A DNA stretch of 64,000 nucleotides from Patescibacteria group bacterium (GCA_040384485.1 JAZKJH010000003.1:7556-71555), one strand, 5' to 3'. Shown: positions 55,407-64,000, counted from the first letter of the stretch. The notes: a model not told the origin generated them from the letters alone. Numbers and translations: made by a program.

Positions 55407-56711
55407 TTGGATATTATTATATTCAATACTATAATGACCGATATGCATAAAACAGACTTTGATCCCTATGATTTCTCAAAAAAAGAGATATCTGGTATAC
55501 CAGTTTATTATAAAAATTTACCTTGGGCACCATGTATTCATATTCACATAGTCTTCAATACTGGGGCATTTAATGACCCTGCTGGAAAAGAAGGTTTGTC
55601 GCACTTCCTTGAACACATGATTTTTGACGGATCACCTTTACTAAAAAGTAAAAAAGAGATTAAAGAATGGTCAAAATCAAACGCGCTAAACACTTGGAAT
55701 GCAGGAACTGGATTTTATGACACTTCCTATTACCTTAAATGTCTTCCGGAGAAATATAATACAGTCTTAATAGGTATGAAGGATATGATTTTTAATTCAT
55801 ATTTGCGTGAAGAAGACATAGAGAACGAGCGAAAGGTTATACTGCAGGAAGCATGGGGCAGATTTCAAAATCAAAAATTTTTAGATTACTTAAAAGTAGT
55901 TTTTGACAACTTATATTATGGGCACAACAAAGCTAGATTTAATTCGCCTCTTGGCTGGCCGGAAACGATTGAAAAAATATCGAGTGAAGATATTCGAAGC
56001 TGGTATAAAGATAATTATGTAAAAGGTAACTTCTATATTGTGGTTGTGGGTGCAATAGACCAGAATCACATTGAAGATCTTTCAAAATATTTTAACGATA
56101 TTCCTACAAGCTTAACTCAAAAAAGAAACGTTGGATTGGTAAATAAGCCGAAACAAAACAGATTTGTTAAAACTGCAGATGAAATAGGAGAAGTTAAGGA
56201 ACAGGTAGAAATAACCATCTCGAGATTTATGGACAGTCTATCACTAGAAAATTCCTATATAATGTCAGGAACACGAAGGTTGCTGCAGGATATCCTTCAT
56301 GAAAAAATGAGGATTGAAAACAGTCTTTGCTATGGGGTAAATGTACGCTCTGGTTCGTCCCAAGACTACTCTGAAATATTGATGAATGTAAAGACTGATG
56401 AAATAAATATTGAAATAGTGGAGAAGATGTTTTGGGAAACGATTGAGGAAGTCATCTCAGGAAAACATATGGATAGATTTGATAAGCTAAAAATACTTAG
56501 TTTGGAACAAATAGAATCCCAAGAAAGAATGTCGGGAGATATTATTAGGACGGCAATATACGAAATTAACATACACAAAAAAATAGAAACTCTAGAAGAA
56601 TCTCTTTCTATGGCGAAAAAAGTTAGCTACGAAGATGTGGTTCGTTTTGCAAGCGAGACATTTATACCGTCACATGTATTTACTGAAATAATTCTGCCTT
56701 CGAAGAAATAA
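55407..56711 (+). CDS. M16-family zinc peptidase (second copy)
   Basis: HFLEHMIFDGS HxxEH motif. Confidence 0.8.
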   Translation: MDIIIFNTIMTDMHKTDFDPYDFSKKEISGIPVYYKNLPWAPCIHIHIVFNTGAFNDPAGKEGLSHFLEHMIFDGSPLLKSKKEIKEWSKSNALNTWNAGTGFYDTSYYLKCLPEKYNTVLIGMKDMIFNSYLREEDIENERKVILQEAWGRFQNQKFLDYLKVVFDNLYYGHNKARFNSPLGWPETIEKISSEDIRSWYKDNYVKGNFYIVVVGAIDQNHIEDLSKYFNDIPTSLTQKRNVGLVNKPKQNRFVKTADEIGEVKEQVEITISRFMDSLSLENSYIMSGTRRLLQDILHEKMRIENSLCYGVNVRSGSSQDYSEILMNVKTDEINIEIVEKMFWETIEEVISGKHMDRFDKLKILSLEQIESQERMSGDIIRTAIYEINIHKKIETLEESLSMAKKVSYEDVVRFASETFIPSHVFTEIILPSKK

Positions 56712-56712
56712 T

Positions 56713-56741
56713 AAAAAAAACCGGGATAACCCGGTTTTTTT
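56713..56741. terminator. Bidirectional terminator
   Basis: aaaaaaaa-CCGGGATAACCCGG-ttttttt. Confidence 0.7.
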
Positions 56742-56756
56742 ATTATTAATTCTTAG

Positions 56757-59000
56757 CTACCTAAACAAACTATTGAATAGACTTTTGATTGCTTCTAGAG
56801 AGTTTGCTATTTGGTCTAAATTGGTTGAATTGGCTTTAGACACACTTCCACAACTCACCTTTACTCCTGTCGGATTTAGTTTTGTGTACTCACCTCCAAC
56901 ATTTCTTGCATAAACATACACATAATGATTCTTACCGTCCTTCAGACTACTTGGGGTGAAGAAACTAAAAGCGTGTTGACCCACATCAGCTCTGTTTATA
57001 TTCGCATCGTAGTCACCTATTTTCTTCCAATATAGATTTTCCACTTTACTCCAAACTTGTACCTGAATAGCTGTGTTTGGGTTATCTCCATCCTTCGCCC
57101 AACCCCCAAAGATGTCACAATTTGCTGCATCCAAATATCCAGAAGTTGCTACAGCTGGTGCGTCTCTTGGAGGAGTATCTTCGTAGACGGTTATGTTAAA
57201 CATTTTGACTGCGATTTGGGTACCAGATTGAACAGTTACAGTAAACACGTAATAGCCGGGAGTAGTTGGTACACCACTGAGAGTAAAGGATGTTTTACAA
57301 GGGCCCTCACTTCTGCAAGCAATCTGGATTATTTCAGTTCCAGGGGGTATTATGCCGGAAGAAACAGACCAAGAGTATGATTGTGAACCGCCAGTAGCTT
57401 GTATGGTAGTTGACCAATTCTCCCCCGCTTTTGTTTTTGGAAGATTAAAATCTGAAGTAATAGAAAGTGGACTAAAAGTTTCTGCGATTATCAGGGTCTG
57501 TTCAGTTGAAACAATTCCAGATCCTCCAATATCCAAACGCAAAGAAAACTTATATGTGCCTGCTCGAGTGGGAGTGCCTGTAACACCTATACAACTAGGT
57601 GAACATGAAGCAGTTTTTTGTAGAGTTAGTCCTGGAGGTAATTCTCCGGAAGCTAAGCTGTATGATGTCGCCTTGCTAATATCTCCAGTAAAATTAAATG
57701 ATCCAGTATAGTTACTACCCGTAAAACCCATTGGCAAACTTATTGATTTAATGGTCGGAACTACCTCGCCATTAGAATCACCTTTAACTGTTACCTGAGC
57801 AACAGCACTCATGGTCACTCCACGAAAATTCTGATACGTAGCTTTTAGTATAGTGGCGCCTGGAGCAACCCCAACAATATCAGTGGTTGGTTTTGGACAC
57901 TCTTGCCCAACTACACATCTTGGCGTAGCTATCGCTAGTCTAGCTATCGATTCGTTTGCAATGGACCATGTTGGACTTACCTCTGTTGGTGCAGGTCGGC
58001 AAACAATATTTCCAGAAGTAGGACACCCGGTAGTGAATATTGCCTTAAGCCTACTCATGTCGTTTACATTCAAATTTATTGGGTTAGGAGAAATCTCAAA
58101 AATATCTGGTGAAAGTGCTACAGTAGTTTGAGTATTAGAAGTTGTAGTTGGTTGTGTTTGAGTGGTTGTAGTATTTGTAGCGTCACCTGCCTCTACTGAA
58201 ATAGTAAATTCTTTTCTTCCAACTTTATCACCATACTTAACCATAACTACAAATTTCCTATCTGCCACAGTAACTGATGGTGTTCCAGAAATAACCATAT
58301 CATTACCGTTTTCTCGCAAATACAAACCGGTTGGCAACTGCCCAGATTCGATTGACCATAGATAATGCGCAGTCACAACTCCACTTGGTCCACCAGAAAC
58401 AGCCAAGTTCACCTGATATGTAGAATTTATTCTAGCTTTTGGAAGAATAGCTGCATTTGTGATTGTTAAGTTTTGAGACGTTGATGGAGTAACGGTGGTA
58501 GACGATGTGTTTGAGTTTGTTGTAGTTGAGGATGAGCTGGTACTACAAGGATACAGCTTATTTAATTTTGCACGTGTTCCGGCTCCAACTATACCTGTGC
58601 CGAATTTTAATCCAGAAGGAGTAAGCACTTCCCCTTTATACTTCTCTTGAAAACCAGTTACTGCAGAGGCAGTACTCTCTTCATATGTTGAACTAGTCTT
58701 TTCTTCACTGTCTATACTAAAACCTTCTTTAGTCAGTACCTCGTGAAGCCAAGAAACACTCTTGCCATTACTTCCAGCTCTTAGGGTTGCTGTGAACGCA
58801 ACACAATTATTGGAATTAGCTGACTGATTGGATCCTGAAAGAGTTGCGTTTTGAGTCTGCAGAGCCTTTACTTGCTCCATCAGCTTCTGAACCAATGCTT
58901 GTAGTTCCGAAGTCGACATTGTCGCAGTTTGTGCTGATACAAAAAAAGGCAACAAAAGAAAAGCCCCTGTTACCATCCCCCACTTGATGAATTTATTCAT
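56757..59000 (-). CDS. Large surface protein (747 aa) with N-terminal coiled segment, PG-binding-like domain, Thr/Ser-rich linker and multiple putative-Ig (He_PIG-like) domains
   Basis: Signal peptide. ELQALVQKLMEQVKALQ coiled segment. ...GTRAKLNKLY PG-binding-like end. Repeated G.TGTPT.AGTY.F Ig-like modules. Architecture parallels 18859..22272. Confidence 0.8.
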   Translation of the reverse strand: MNKFIKWGMVTGAFLLLPFFVSAQTATMSTSELQALVQKLMEQVKALQTQNATLSGSNQSANSNNCVAFTATLRAGSNGKSVSWLHEVLTKEGFSIDSEEKTSSTYEESTASAVTGFQEKYKGEVLTPSGLKFGTGIVGAGTRAKLNKLYPCSTSSSSTTTNSNTSSTTVTPSTSQNLTITNAAILPKARINSTYQVNLAVSGGPSGVVTAHYLWSIESGQLPTGLYLRENGNDMVISGTPSVTVADRKFVVMVKYGDKVGRKEFTISVEAGDATNTTTTQTQPTTTSNTQTTVALSPDIFEISPNPINLNVNDMSRLKAIFTTGCPTSGNIVCRPAPTEVSPTWSIANESIARLAIATPRCVVGQECPKPTTDIVGVAPGATILKATYQNFRGVTMSAVAQVTVKGDSNGEVVPTIKSISLPMGFTGSNYTGSFNFTGDISKATSYSLASGELPPGLTLQKTASCSPSCIGVTGTPTRAGTYKFSLRLDIGGSGIVSTEQTLIIAETFSPLSITSDFNLPKTKAGENWSTTIQATGGSQSYSWSVSSGIIPPGTEIIQIACRSEGPCKTSFTLSGVPTTPGYYVFTVTVQSGTQIAVKMFNITVYEDTPPRDAPAVATSGYLDAANCDIFGGWAKDGDNPNTAIQVQVWSKVENLYWKKIGDYDANINRADVGQHAFSFFTPSSLKDGKNHYVYVYARNVGGEYTKLNPTGVKVSCGSVSKANSTNLDQIANSLEAIKSLFNSLFR

Positions 59001-59077
59001 AATAAATATTAAATTTTAATATTTATATTATAACTAGCCCAAAATCAAAATACCAGACCTATAGTGAATACTCTCAG

Positions 59078-59099
59078 TCGGAATTCGAGTCTCCCGACC
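59078..59099. repeat. Inverted fragment resembling the tRNA-Leu T-arm
   Basis: GTCGGAATTCGAGTCTCCCGAC. Its reverse complement GGGAGACTCGAATTCC resembles tRNA-Leu 59237..59253 (GGGAGACTCGAACTCCC). Confidence 0.45.
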
Positions 59100-59120
59100 A
59101 AATAAAAACTGCATAAGCAG
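59100..59120 (-). terminator. Terminator downstream of tRNA-Leu
   Basis: CUGCUUAUGCAG hairpin + UUUUUAUU on the minus strand. Confidence 0.5.
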
Positions 59121-59128
59121 TTTATATT

Positions 59129-59152
59129 CGGTGCCCAGAGGGGCTCGAGTCT
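59129..59152. repeat. Direct partial copy of the tRNA-Leu 3' end
   Basis: CGGTGCCCAGAGGGGCTCGAGTCT versus tRNA-Leu 59226.. TGGTGCCCAGAGGGAGACTCGAACT. Confidence 0.6.
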
Positions 59153-59225
59153 TACAGACTCAGTACCCGCAATTGGATATAATATTTCGCTTCGCTCATA
59201 TTCTTAATTCCGAACAAGTTACTAC

Positions 59226-59310
59226 TGGTGCCCAGAGGGAGACTCGAACTCCCACACCTTACGGCACACCCACCTCAAGGGTGCTTGTCTACCAATTTCA
59301 ACATCTGGGC
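59226..59310 (-). tRNA. tRNA-Leu (anticodon GAG), long variable arm, CCA encoded
   Basis: Acceptor GCCCAGA/UCUGGGC. Anticodon stem CACCC/GGGUG with loop UUGAGGU. Variable arm GCCGUAAGGUGUG. T-arm GGAGUUCGAGUCUCC. 3' ACCA. Confidence 0.85.
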
Positions 59311-59380
59311 GTAACCTTTGAAGTATATTTAAATTCAGAATTTATTTCAATCAAAAAACCGACAATTGTCGGTTTTTTGA

Positions 59381-59836
59381 TTATTCTGCTTTTGTTTCTT
59401 CTGATTTCTCTTCTACTACCGGAGTTTCCTCTGCAACAACTTCTTCTGCATCTGGAGTGTTGTCTGGCAAAGCTCTGATGTTTCTCATTTGTCTTCGGAT
59501 TTCTTTCGCTGCCTTGTCTCGTATGTGATATAGTTTTGCTCGTCTTACCTTTGATCTCTTTAGTGTCTCAACAGAATCGATCATTGGAGAGTATAGTGGG
59601 AAAATCTTCTCTACACCCACACCTGATGCAACTCTTCGTACTGTGAAAGTAGCTCCTGCCTCCTTTCCGTGTTTTACAGCAATAACCAAGCCTTCAAAAG
59701 CCTGAAGTCTTGTTTTACCTTTTTCTTGGATCTTCTGCCAAACACGAATATTGTCTCCAGCTCTAATATCTAGTTTCTTTCTATCTGCTATTTTTACTGG
59801 TGACTGCACAGTTGTTGCTGATGTCATAAGACTCAT
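59381..59836 (-). CDS. rplS: 50S ribosomal protein L19 with acidic C-terminal extension
   Basis: ...IRAGDNIRVWQKIQEKGKTRLQAFEGLVIAVKHGKEAGATFTVRRVASGVGVEKIFPLYSP... Confidence 0.9.
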   Translation of the reverse strand: MSLMTSATTVQSPVKIADRKKLDIRAGDNIRVWQKIQEKGKTRLQAFEGLVIAVKHGKEAGATFTVRRVASGVGVEKIFPLYSPMIDSVETLKRSKVRRAKLYHIRDKAAKEIRRQMRNIRALPDNTPDAEEVVAEETPVVEEKSEETKAE

Positions 59837-59853
59837 AATCTAACATATGGTGG

Positions 59854-60579
59854 CTAGTTTTGCAACAGATCCATGGCGCGAGCAAAATCCTCAGGATACG
59901 GAGCTGTAACCTTGTGAACTGTGCCGTCTAACAGAGCGAACTCTATACTGTAGGCATGGAGAGCCAATCGTTTAAACCCAACAAGTTGGCTGTTTTTTGG
60001 GGCATATAGTGGGTCCGCAACTAAAGGATGGTGAATTGCCTTAAAATGCGCCCGAATCTGGTGAGTTCTTCCGGTCTTCGGTTCCACCTCGACAAAGGAC
60101 CACTCTTTTGTAGCCTTTAGGGTTTTATATTCAGTAACTGCATCTCTCAATTCCCCTCTAGCTCCGCGTTGCGCCGACCACATTCTGAAGTCTTTATTGC
60201 TTCTTCCGATCGGTCTATCTATAACACCCTGATGATCTTTAACCTCGCCCAATACAAAGGCATGGTAAGTTTTTTTTATTGTGTGTTCCTGAAATTGGAT
60301 CTTCAATGACTCGAATGCCTCTTGGGTTTTAGCCACCAACATAACTCCTGAGGTGTCTCTGTCCAGACGATGCACTATTCCAGGCCTTAGGATCACATTT
60401 CCTTGTGTGTCTCTGTTTGGCTCTCCCACATTCTTTGTCTCAGGGTAATTTTCTAAAACCCAATCAGTTAGAACGGGCTCATTTGTTTTTCCGTCGCCAT
60501 GAACTACCAAACCCGCAGGTTTATTGATAGCTAAAATATTTTTATCTTCATAAAGAATAGTTGGGGTCATTTGTTTCAA
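59854..60579 (-). CDS. RluA-family pseudouridine synthase
   Basis: HRLDRDTSGVMLVAK catalytic Asp motif. 241 aa. Confidence 0.9.
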   Translation of the reverse strand: MKQMTPTILYEDKNILAINKPAGLVVHGDGKTNEPVLTDWVLENYPETKNVGEPNRDTQGNVILRPGIVHRLDRDTSGVMLVAKTQEAFESLKIQFQEHTIKKTYHAFVLGEVKDHQGVIDRPIGRSNKDFRMWSAQRGARGELRDAVTEYKTLKATKEWSFVEVEPKTGRTHQIRAHFKAIHHPLVADPLYAPKNSQLVGFKRLALHAYSIEFALLDGTVHKVTAPYPEDFARAMDLLQN

Positions 60580-60590
60580 AAATTAATTCA

Positions 60591-61286
60591 CTATTTCCCT
60601 ATTCTTCTTTCTCTATTTGAAAAATTTTCTATTATTCCTAGTAACTCTTCTTTTGAAAAGTCCGGCCACAAAGTAGGAGTAAAAAACAACTCACTATACA
60701 CTCCCTGCCATGGCAAAAACCCAGAAAGTCGCATTTCACCTGATGTACGGATGATAATATCTGGGTCCGGCATAGAACCTGTTTGTAAATGTTTTGCAAA
60801 ATATTCCTCCGTCACTTCTCCTGGATTAGGATTCTCAGAAATAATCTCCTTTACTGCCGACAATATCTCACTTCTACCTCCATAATTGAGTGCAAAGTAT
60901 ATATGTGGGCCTAAATTATTTTTGGTCTTTTCTATTGCATTTTTAAGTCTATCCTGTAGTTCGACTGGAAACCTAGTCATGTCACCTACACAGTGAAGTA
61001 CTCCACCTTCTTGCATAAAATGTTCAAGTTCAGTCCCTAAAAATTCTCCCAAAAGATTTATGAGATACTCAACCTCCTCTTTTGTTCGGTTCCAGTTTTC
61101 TGTTGAAAAAGTGAAAAGTATAAGATGCTTAACACCCACCTCTTTTATCCAACCTGCCACCTCTTTTAGTTTTTGACTACCGGCATAGTGTCCAGCTAGA
61201 GTTTGTTCCCCTCTCGCCTTTGCCCACCTCCGGTTCCCGTCCATAATAATCCCAATACAGTCAGGGATCTTGGTTTCTGAATTCAT
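60591..61286 (-). CDS. uppS: Undecaprenyl-diphosphate synthase
   Basis: IIMDGNRRWAK..., ...LTLFTFSTENW..., ...RTSGE.RLSGFL... cis-prenyltransferase motifs. Confidence 0.95.
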   Translation of the reverse strand: MNSETKIPDCIGIIMDGNRRWAKARGEQTLAGHYAGSQKLKEVAGWIKEVGVKHLILFTFSTENWNRTKEEVEYLINLLGEFLGTELEHFMQEGGVLHCVGDMTRFPVELQDRLKNAIEKTKNNLGPHIYFALNYGGRSEILSAVKEIISENPNPGEVTEEYFAKHLQTGSMPDPDIIIRTSGEMRLSGFLPWQGVYSELFFTPTLWPDFSKEELLGIIENFSNRERRIGK

Positions 61287-61367
61287 TTATATAATGATAT
61301 AGCATTTGTTCAAAATTTTCTAGTAACTCTTGAATAGTAGTCGATACTAGTGTATAAATATCATATT

Positions 61368-61440
61368 GCGCGGTTAGCTCAGTTGGTAGAGCAACCCGTT
61401 TACACCGGGTAGGTCACAGGTTCGAGTCCTGTATCGCGCA
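61368..61440 (+). tRNA. tRNA-Val (anticodon UAC)
   Basis: GCGCGGU acceptor. Anticodon stem ACCCG/CGGGU with loop UUUACAC. T-arm ACAGG-UUCGAGU-CCUGU. Confidence 0.85.
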
Positions 61441-61631
61441 CAAGCCTAAAAACCAAAACTTCTTTTGGTTTTGCCGGACCTGTGCGAGCCGGAGCTATGT
61501 TTTTCTAGTAAGAAAAACCAGCGAGGCAGGGTCGTGGAAATTTTGTTTTGACGAAAACAAAATTATCCCTGACCACAAACCTAAAAATGGATTTAAAGAA
61601 TTTTGTGTGCGACGGCAAACAAAACACCCAT

Positions 61632-61703
61632 GCTCTCGTAGTTCAATGGATAGAACAGAGCTCTTCTAAGGCTTTGATGTAGGTTCGATTCCTGCCGAGA
61701 GCA
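61632..61703 (+). tRNA. tRNA-Arg (anticodon UCU)
   Basis: Acceptor GCUCUCG/CGAGAGC. D-stem GUUC/GAAC. Anticodon stem GAGCU/GGCUU with loop CUUCUAA. T-arm GUAGG-UUCGAUU-CCUGC. Confidence 0.85.
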
Positions 61704-61748
61704 CAATTAAAAAACACCCGAAAGGGTGTTTTTTAATTGTGCTCTCGG
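61695..61748 (+). terminator. 25-bp perfect inverted repeat terminator that incorporates the 3' end of tRNA-Arg
   Basis: CCGAGAGCACAATTAAAAAACACCC-gaaa-GGGTGTTTTTTAATTGTGCTCTCGG. The inner ACACCC-gaaa-GGGTGT + TTTTTT is a canonical terminator. Confidence 0.65.
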
Positions 61749-61894
61749 AGAAAGCCGTCGAGACGGCTTTTGTCAGGAATCTAAGCCTGTTTGAGATATT
61801 TTTGGATTTTAAGAACAAAAATATCCAAACTGGACACTGCTCCTGTAAGGAGAGGTTACTGCCGAAATTGTTAGTTTGATACACACTCGAACTC

Positions 61895-62230
61895 CTAAAC
61901 CCCAGGATCTATCTTCACAACATTCCCACTATCTAATTCGACGAACTTCATAGTTCTATAATCTATGTCTTTAACAACGGCGTCTAGAAGTGGCCTGTTG
62001 ATTCCCGTAGCACTTTGATCCTCTACCCTTTCAACTTGAAAAATAGATTTGTTATTTATTTGGTAGTAAAAAAATACCGCGTATATAGCAACGAATAAAC
62101 TTATAACAAAACTTGTTACAAGCATAATGTTCCAATCACGCGTTGGTCGTATTCCTTTTTTTTGGTAGGAATGTTTAGCCGACTTTAATTTCTCTAACCA
62201 AACTCGAAATTGTTCTGAGGATTTTTTCAT
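61895..62230 (-). CDS. Hypothetical membrane-anchored protein downstream of pilO (pilus-assembly associated?)
   Basis: 111 aa, single TM. Position after pilM-pilN-pilO. Confidence 0.4.
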   Translation of the reverse strand: MKKSSEQFRVWLEKLKSAKHSYQKKGIRPTRDWNIMLVTSFVISLFVAIYAVFFYYQINNKSIFQVERVEDQSATGINRPLLDAVVKDIDYRTMKFVELDSGNVVKIDPGV

Positions 62231-62236
62231 ATCTGT

Positions 62237-62797
62237 TTATATATATTTTAACACTCTTATCTCGAGGTTTCCCTCCCATGTACTTGCCGTTGGAGTAGCC
62301 GCAGAATCACTCGGTGTACCTCCTCTTATTAAATTAACTCTTTCAATTGTGACCTTAAAGGGCATATTTTCTATTTGAGATATAAAAGTATAAAGAGAAT
62401 TCCATCTACCTATAACTTTTACTCGGATTCTAAGTGAGGTGAGCCCGTTTGGTTTTAAACCCTCTACTTCCTCAATAGCTAGGGACTGAACCTCTACTGA
62501 CAAACCCTTGTTACGGGCCAATGACTCTAAATCCTCTAGGAAAGCAACATCGCCGTCTTTAATGACAAAGAAATCATTAACTTTCTTTTGATCATCTTTT
62601 ATCGAATCCAAGTTTTTTTGAGTTGATATTGCATAACTACGTAGATCATCATGCTCAAAAAGTACATTTTCTAAACTAGATGTTTCTTTGGTTTTATTTT
62701 TTATGTCATTAAACAAAAAATACTGCAGAAGGCAGAGTGAAGAAACACCTAGAAACAAAAAAATGATACTTGTTTTTAATATCTTATTATTTTTCAT
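62237..62797 (-). CDS. pilO: Type IV pilus assembly protein PilO-like
   Basis: N-terminal TM, coiled segment, C-terminal ...FKVTIERVNLIRG... pattern. Synteny after PilN/PilM. Confidence 0.55.
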   Translation of the reverse strand: MKNNKILKTSIIFLFLGVSSLCLLQYFLFNDIKNKTKETSSLENVLFEHDDLRSYAISTQKNLDSIKDDQKKVNDFFVIKDGDVAFLEDLESLARNKGLSVEVQSLAIEEVEGLKPNGLTSLRIRVKVIGRWNSLYTFISQIENMPFKVTIERVNLIRGGTPSDSAATPTASTWEGNLEIRVLKYI

Positions 62798-63338
62798 TTG
62801 AAATTTTCATGGTTAAAAACAAAGAGAAGCTTATGTTTCTATCTTTGGTAAAGTTGGATATAGGGGAATCTACTTTATCAAAAAGTTTTGATGACTCTAG
62901 TTTTTTTATAAAAGTTAACAGTGACTCTCTCTCCCCTGCTGAACCCGTTAAAGTAATGGTGACTTGGTTGTTTGTAGATTTGTTGAAAGTAAATTCATTT
63001 ATAAGTATGGAAGGGCTTTTTTGTTCAATAATACTGTCCAAGGTTTGGGTTGGGCTAAAACCAGTTTGGGTTTTTTTGATAATCTCTAATTTTTTATTTA
63101 TCGATTGTATTTGTGACGACAATTCTTCTACTTCTTCTATCAAAAGTGCATCTTCTGATTCAGCGACAACAGAAGCTGCCTCCTTTTGATTATAGAAGGA
63201 AGTCACCCAGGAAGGAAAGAAAGCTATGAGTGTAAAAATTTGTATAAAAATAATAAAGTTTAAAATAACAACAAAGCGCCGGGCACCGTATTGTTTTTTT
63301 ATCTCTTGTTTTAAGTTGTCAGGAAGTACATTAAACAT
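62787..63338 (-). CDS. pilN: Type IV pilus assembly protein PilN-like
   Basis: MFNVLPDNLKQEIKKQYGARRF (PilN INLLP-type N-terminus) followed by TM and coiled region. Confidence 0.6.
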   Translation of the reverse strand: MFNVLPDNLKQEIKKQYGARRFVVILNFIIFIQIFTLIAFFPSWVTSFYNQKEAASVVAESEDALLIEEVEELSSQIQSINKKLEIIKKTQTGFSPTQTLDSIIEQKSPSILINEFTFNKSTNNQVTITLTGSAGERESLLTFIKKLESSKLFDKVDSPISNFTKDRNISFSLFLTMKISNEK

Positions 63339-63344
63339 ATTACT

Positions 63345-64000
63345 TTATATTAATGTCTCACTAGGGAGGGCTAACCCTATAGCATCCGCAAAACGTAAGC
63401 TATCTTCTTTGGAAACTTCTGGAACGACCTCTTCAAAATTAAAGATGTTAATCCAGGGGTTTCCTATGGCTGATGGAACATCGAGATGTTGAGACAAGTA
63501 TTCAGTTATATTTTCAGGTAAATCCGAACCACAAACAATAACTTCGGATATTTTTCTTTCTGGTTTATCAACGTTTTCTTTTAGGGTGTGCCAGTAGGTG
63601 TATAATTTTTTGATTTCTTGCAATAAAGACTGTAGTTCCCCTTCGCTAGTAATTTTAGTAACTACAGTTGAAGTAAAGTGGACCAAACCAAAACTAACTA
63701 CATATAAACCAACTTTTTCTGGACCAAAATGTACCAGCAGAACTGTATTATCTTTTCCTTTCAACATTACTGCCCTAGCAATTGCTTGCGATTCAATCTC
63801 CAAAGAAAGCAGGGTTAATCCAGACTCGTTTGCAATTTGAATATAGTTGTCTAATACAGAAACTGGCAAAGCCGAAACAACCACATCAAGATGCCCTTTG
63901 GCACTATGGTCTATAAGTTTGTAGTCAAAAATAAGTTCAGATGGGGGGACAGGAACGTTCTCTTCGATTTTTGACTCTATGACACCGCGAACTTCTTCTT
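63345..64000 (-). CDS. pilM: Type IV pilus assembly protein PilM (actin-like ATPase fold), 5' end beyond window
   Basis: ...VLLVHFGPEKVGLYVVSFGLVHFTSTVV... and ...GSDLPENITEYLSQHLDVPSAIGNPW... The frame stays open upstream of the ORF-track GTG to the window edge. Confidence 0.6.
   Translation of the reverse strand, partial: EEVRGVIESKIEENVPVPPSELIFDYKLIDHSAKGHLDVVVSALPVSVLDNYIQIANESGLTLLSLEIESQAIARAVMLKGKDNTVLLVHFGPEKVGLYVVSFGLVHFTSTVVTKITSEGELQSLLQEIKKLYTYWHTLKENVDKPERKISEVIVCGSDLPENITEYLSQHLDVPSAIGNPWINIFNFEEVVPEVSKEDSLRFADAIGLALPSETLI

Noticed and set aside
61666-61884. 72-aa ORF 61666..61884
   Set aside because: It overlaps tRNA-Arg and its inverted-repeat terminator and has no coding features.
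1-64000. CRISPR arrays, rRNA genes, integrase/recombinase or restriction-modification genes
   Set aside because: No regularly spaced short direct repeats, no rRNA-like conserved segments and no ORF with integrase or methyltransferase-endonuclease motifs were seen. The only DNA MTase-like fold (53124..54005) has the DPPxY motif and architecture of rRNA/small-molecule SAM methyltransferases.

Overview
This is a 64 kb, low-GC (about 35%) bacterial chromosomal window with compact, mostly minus-strand genes. The overall content resembles a small-genome CPR/Patescibacteria-like or Gram-positive-like organism; this is inferred from gene content only.

Housekeeping genes I can support from sequence motifs: ftsK, recA, efp, rpsR-ssb-rpsF, tatD, metG, glyQS, recO, ileS, argS, dut, rplK-nusG-secE, rplS, a RluA-family pseudouridine synthase, uppS, an FtsW/RodA-type SEDS protein, two M16 peptidases, and a cell-envelope glycosylation pair (WbaP-like sugar transferase plus a GT4 glycosyltransferase). 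There are four tRNAs (His, Leu, Val, Arg), and a partial type IV pilus pilM-pilN-pilO operon at the right edge.

Accessory and unusual content:
1. Two tandem giant cysteine-rich surface proteins (1382 and 824 aa). They have thrombospondin-type-1-like WSxWS...C..CG...QTRTC repeats and FN3 / InlB-B-repeat-like modules. Their 3' ends are an apparently identical 673-bp direct repeat, and both loci carry a conserved 35-bp upstream motif.
2. An IS200/IS605-like HUH (RAYT-type) transposase. It is flanked by REP-like palindromes CCAAGGGNNNCCCTTGG, occurs inside terminal inverted TGTGGATAA ends, and carries two REP copies inside its own coding sequence.
3. A cluster of three perfect TTATNCACA DnaA boxes in a 620-bp hairpin-rich intergenic region.
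4. An IleRS with a complete histidine-phosphatase (RHGE...SHG) domain inserted into the catalytic core. It is preceded by a T-box-like leader.
5. Three GC-rich islands (50-58% GC) that look horizontally acquired. One is a folA-thyA-HIT-dCMP-deaminase-cytidylyltransferase nucleotide module inserted right after rplK where rplA would normally be. Another holds small ORFs driven by textbook TTGACA-17-TATAAT promoters with a reused terminator hairpin.
6. tRNA-His and tRNA-Leu each followed by partial duplications of their own 3' ends, which may be attachment-site scars.
7. Large PG-binding-domain surface proteins and a lipase-LTD-beta-helix secreted protein.

No CRISPR array and no rRNA genes were seen.
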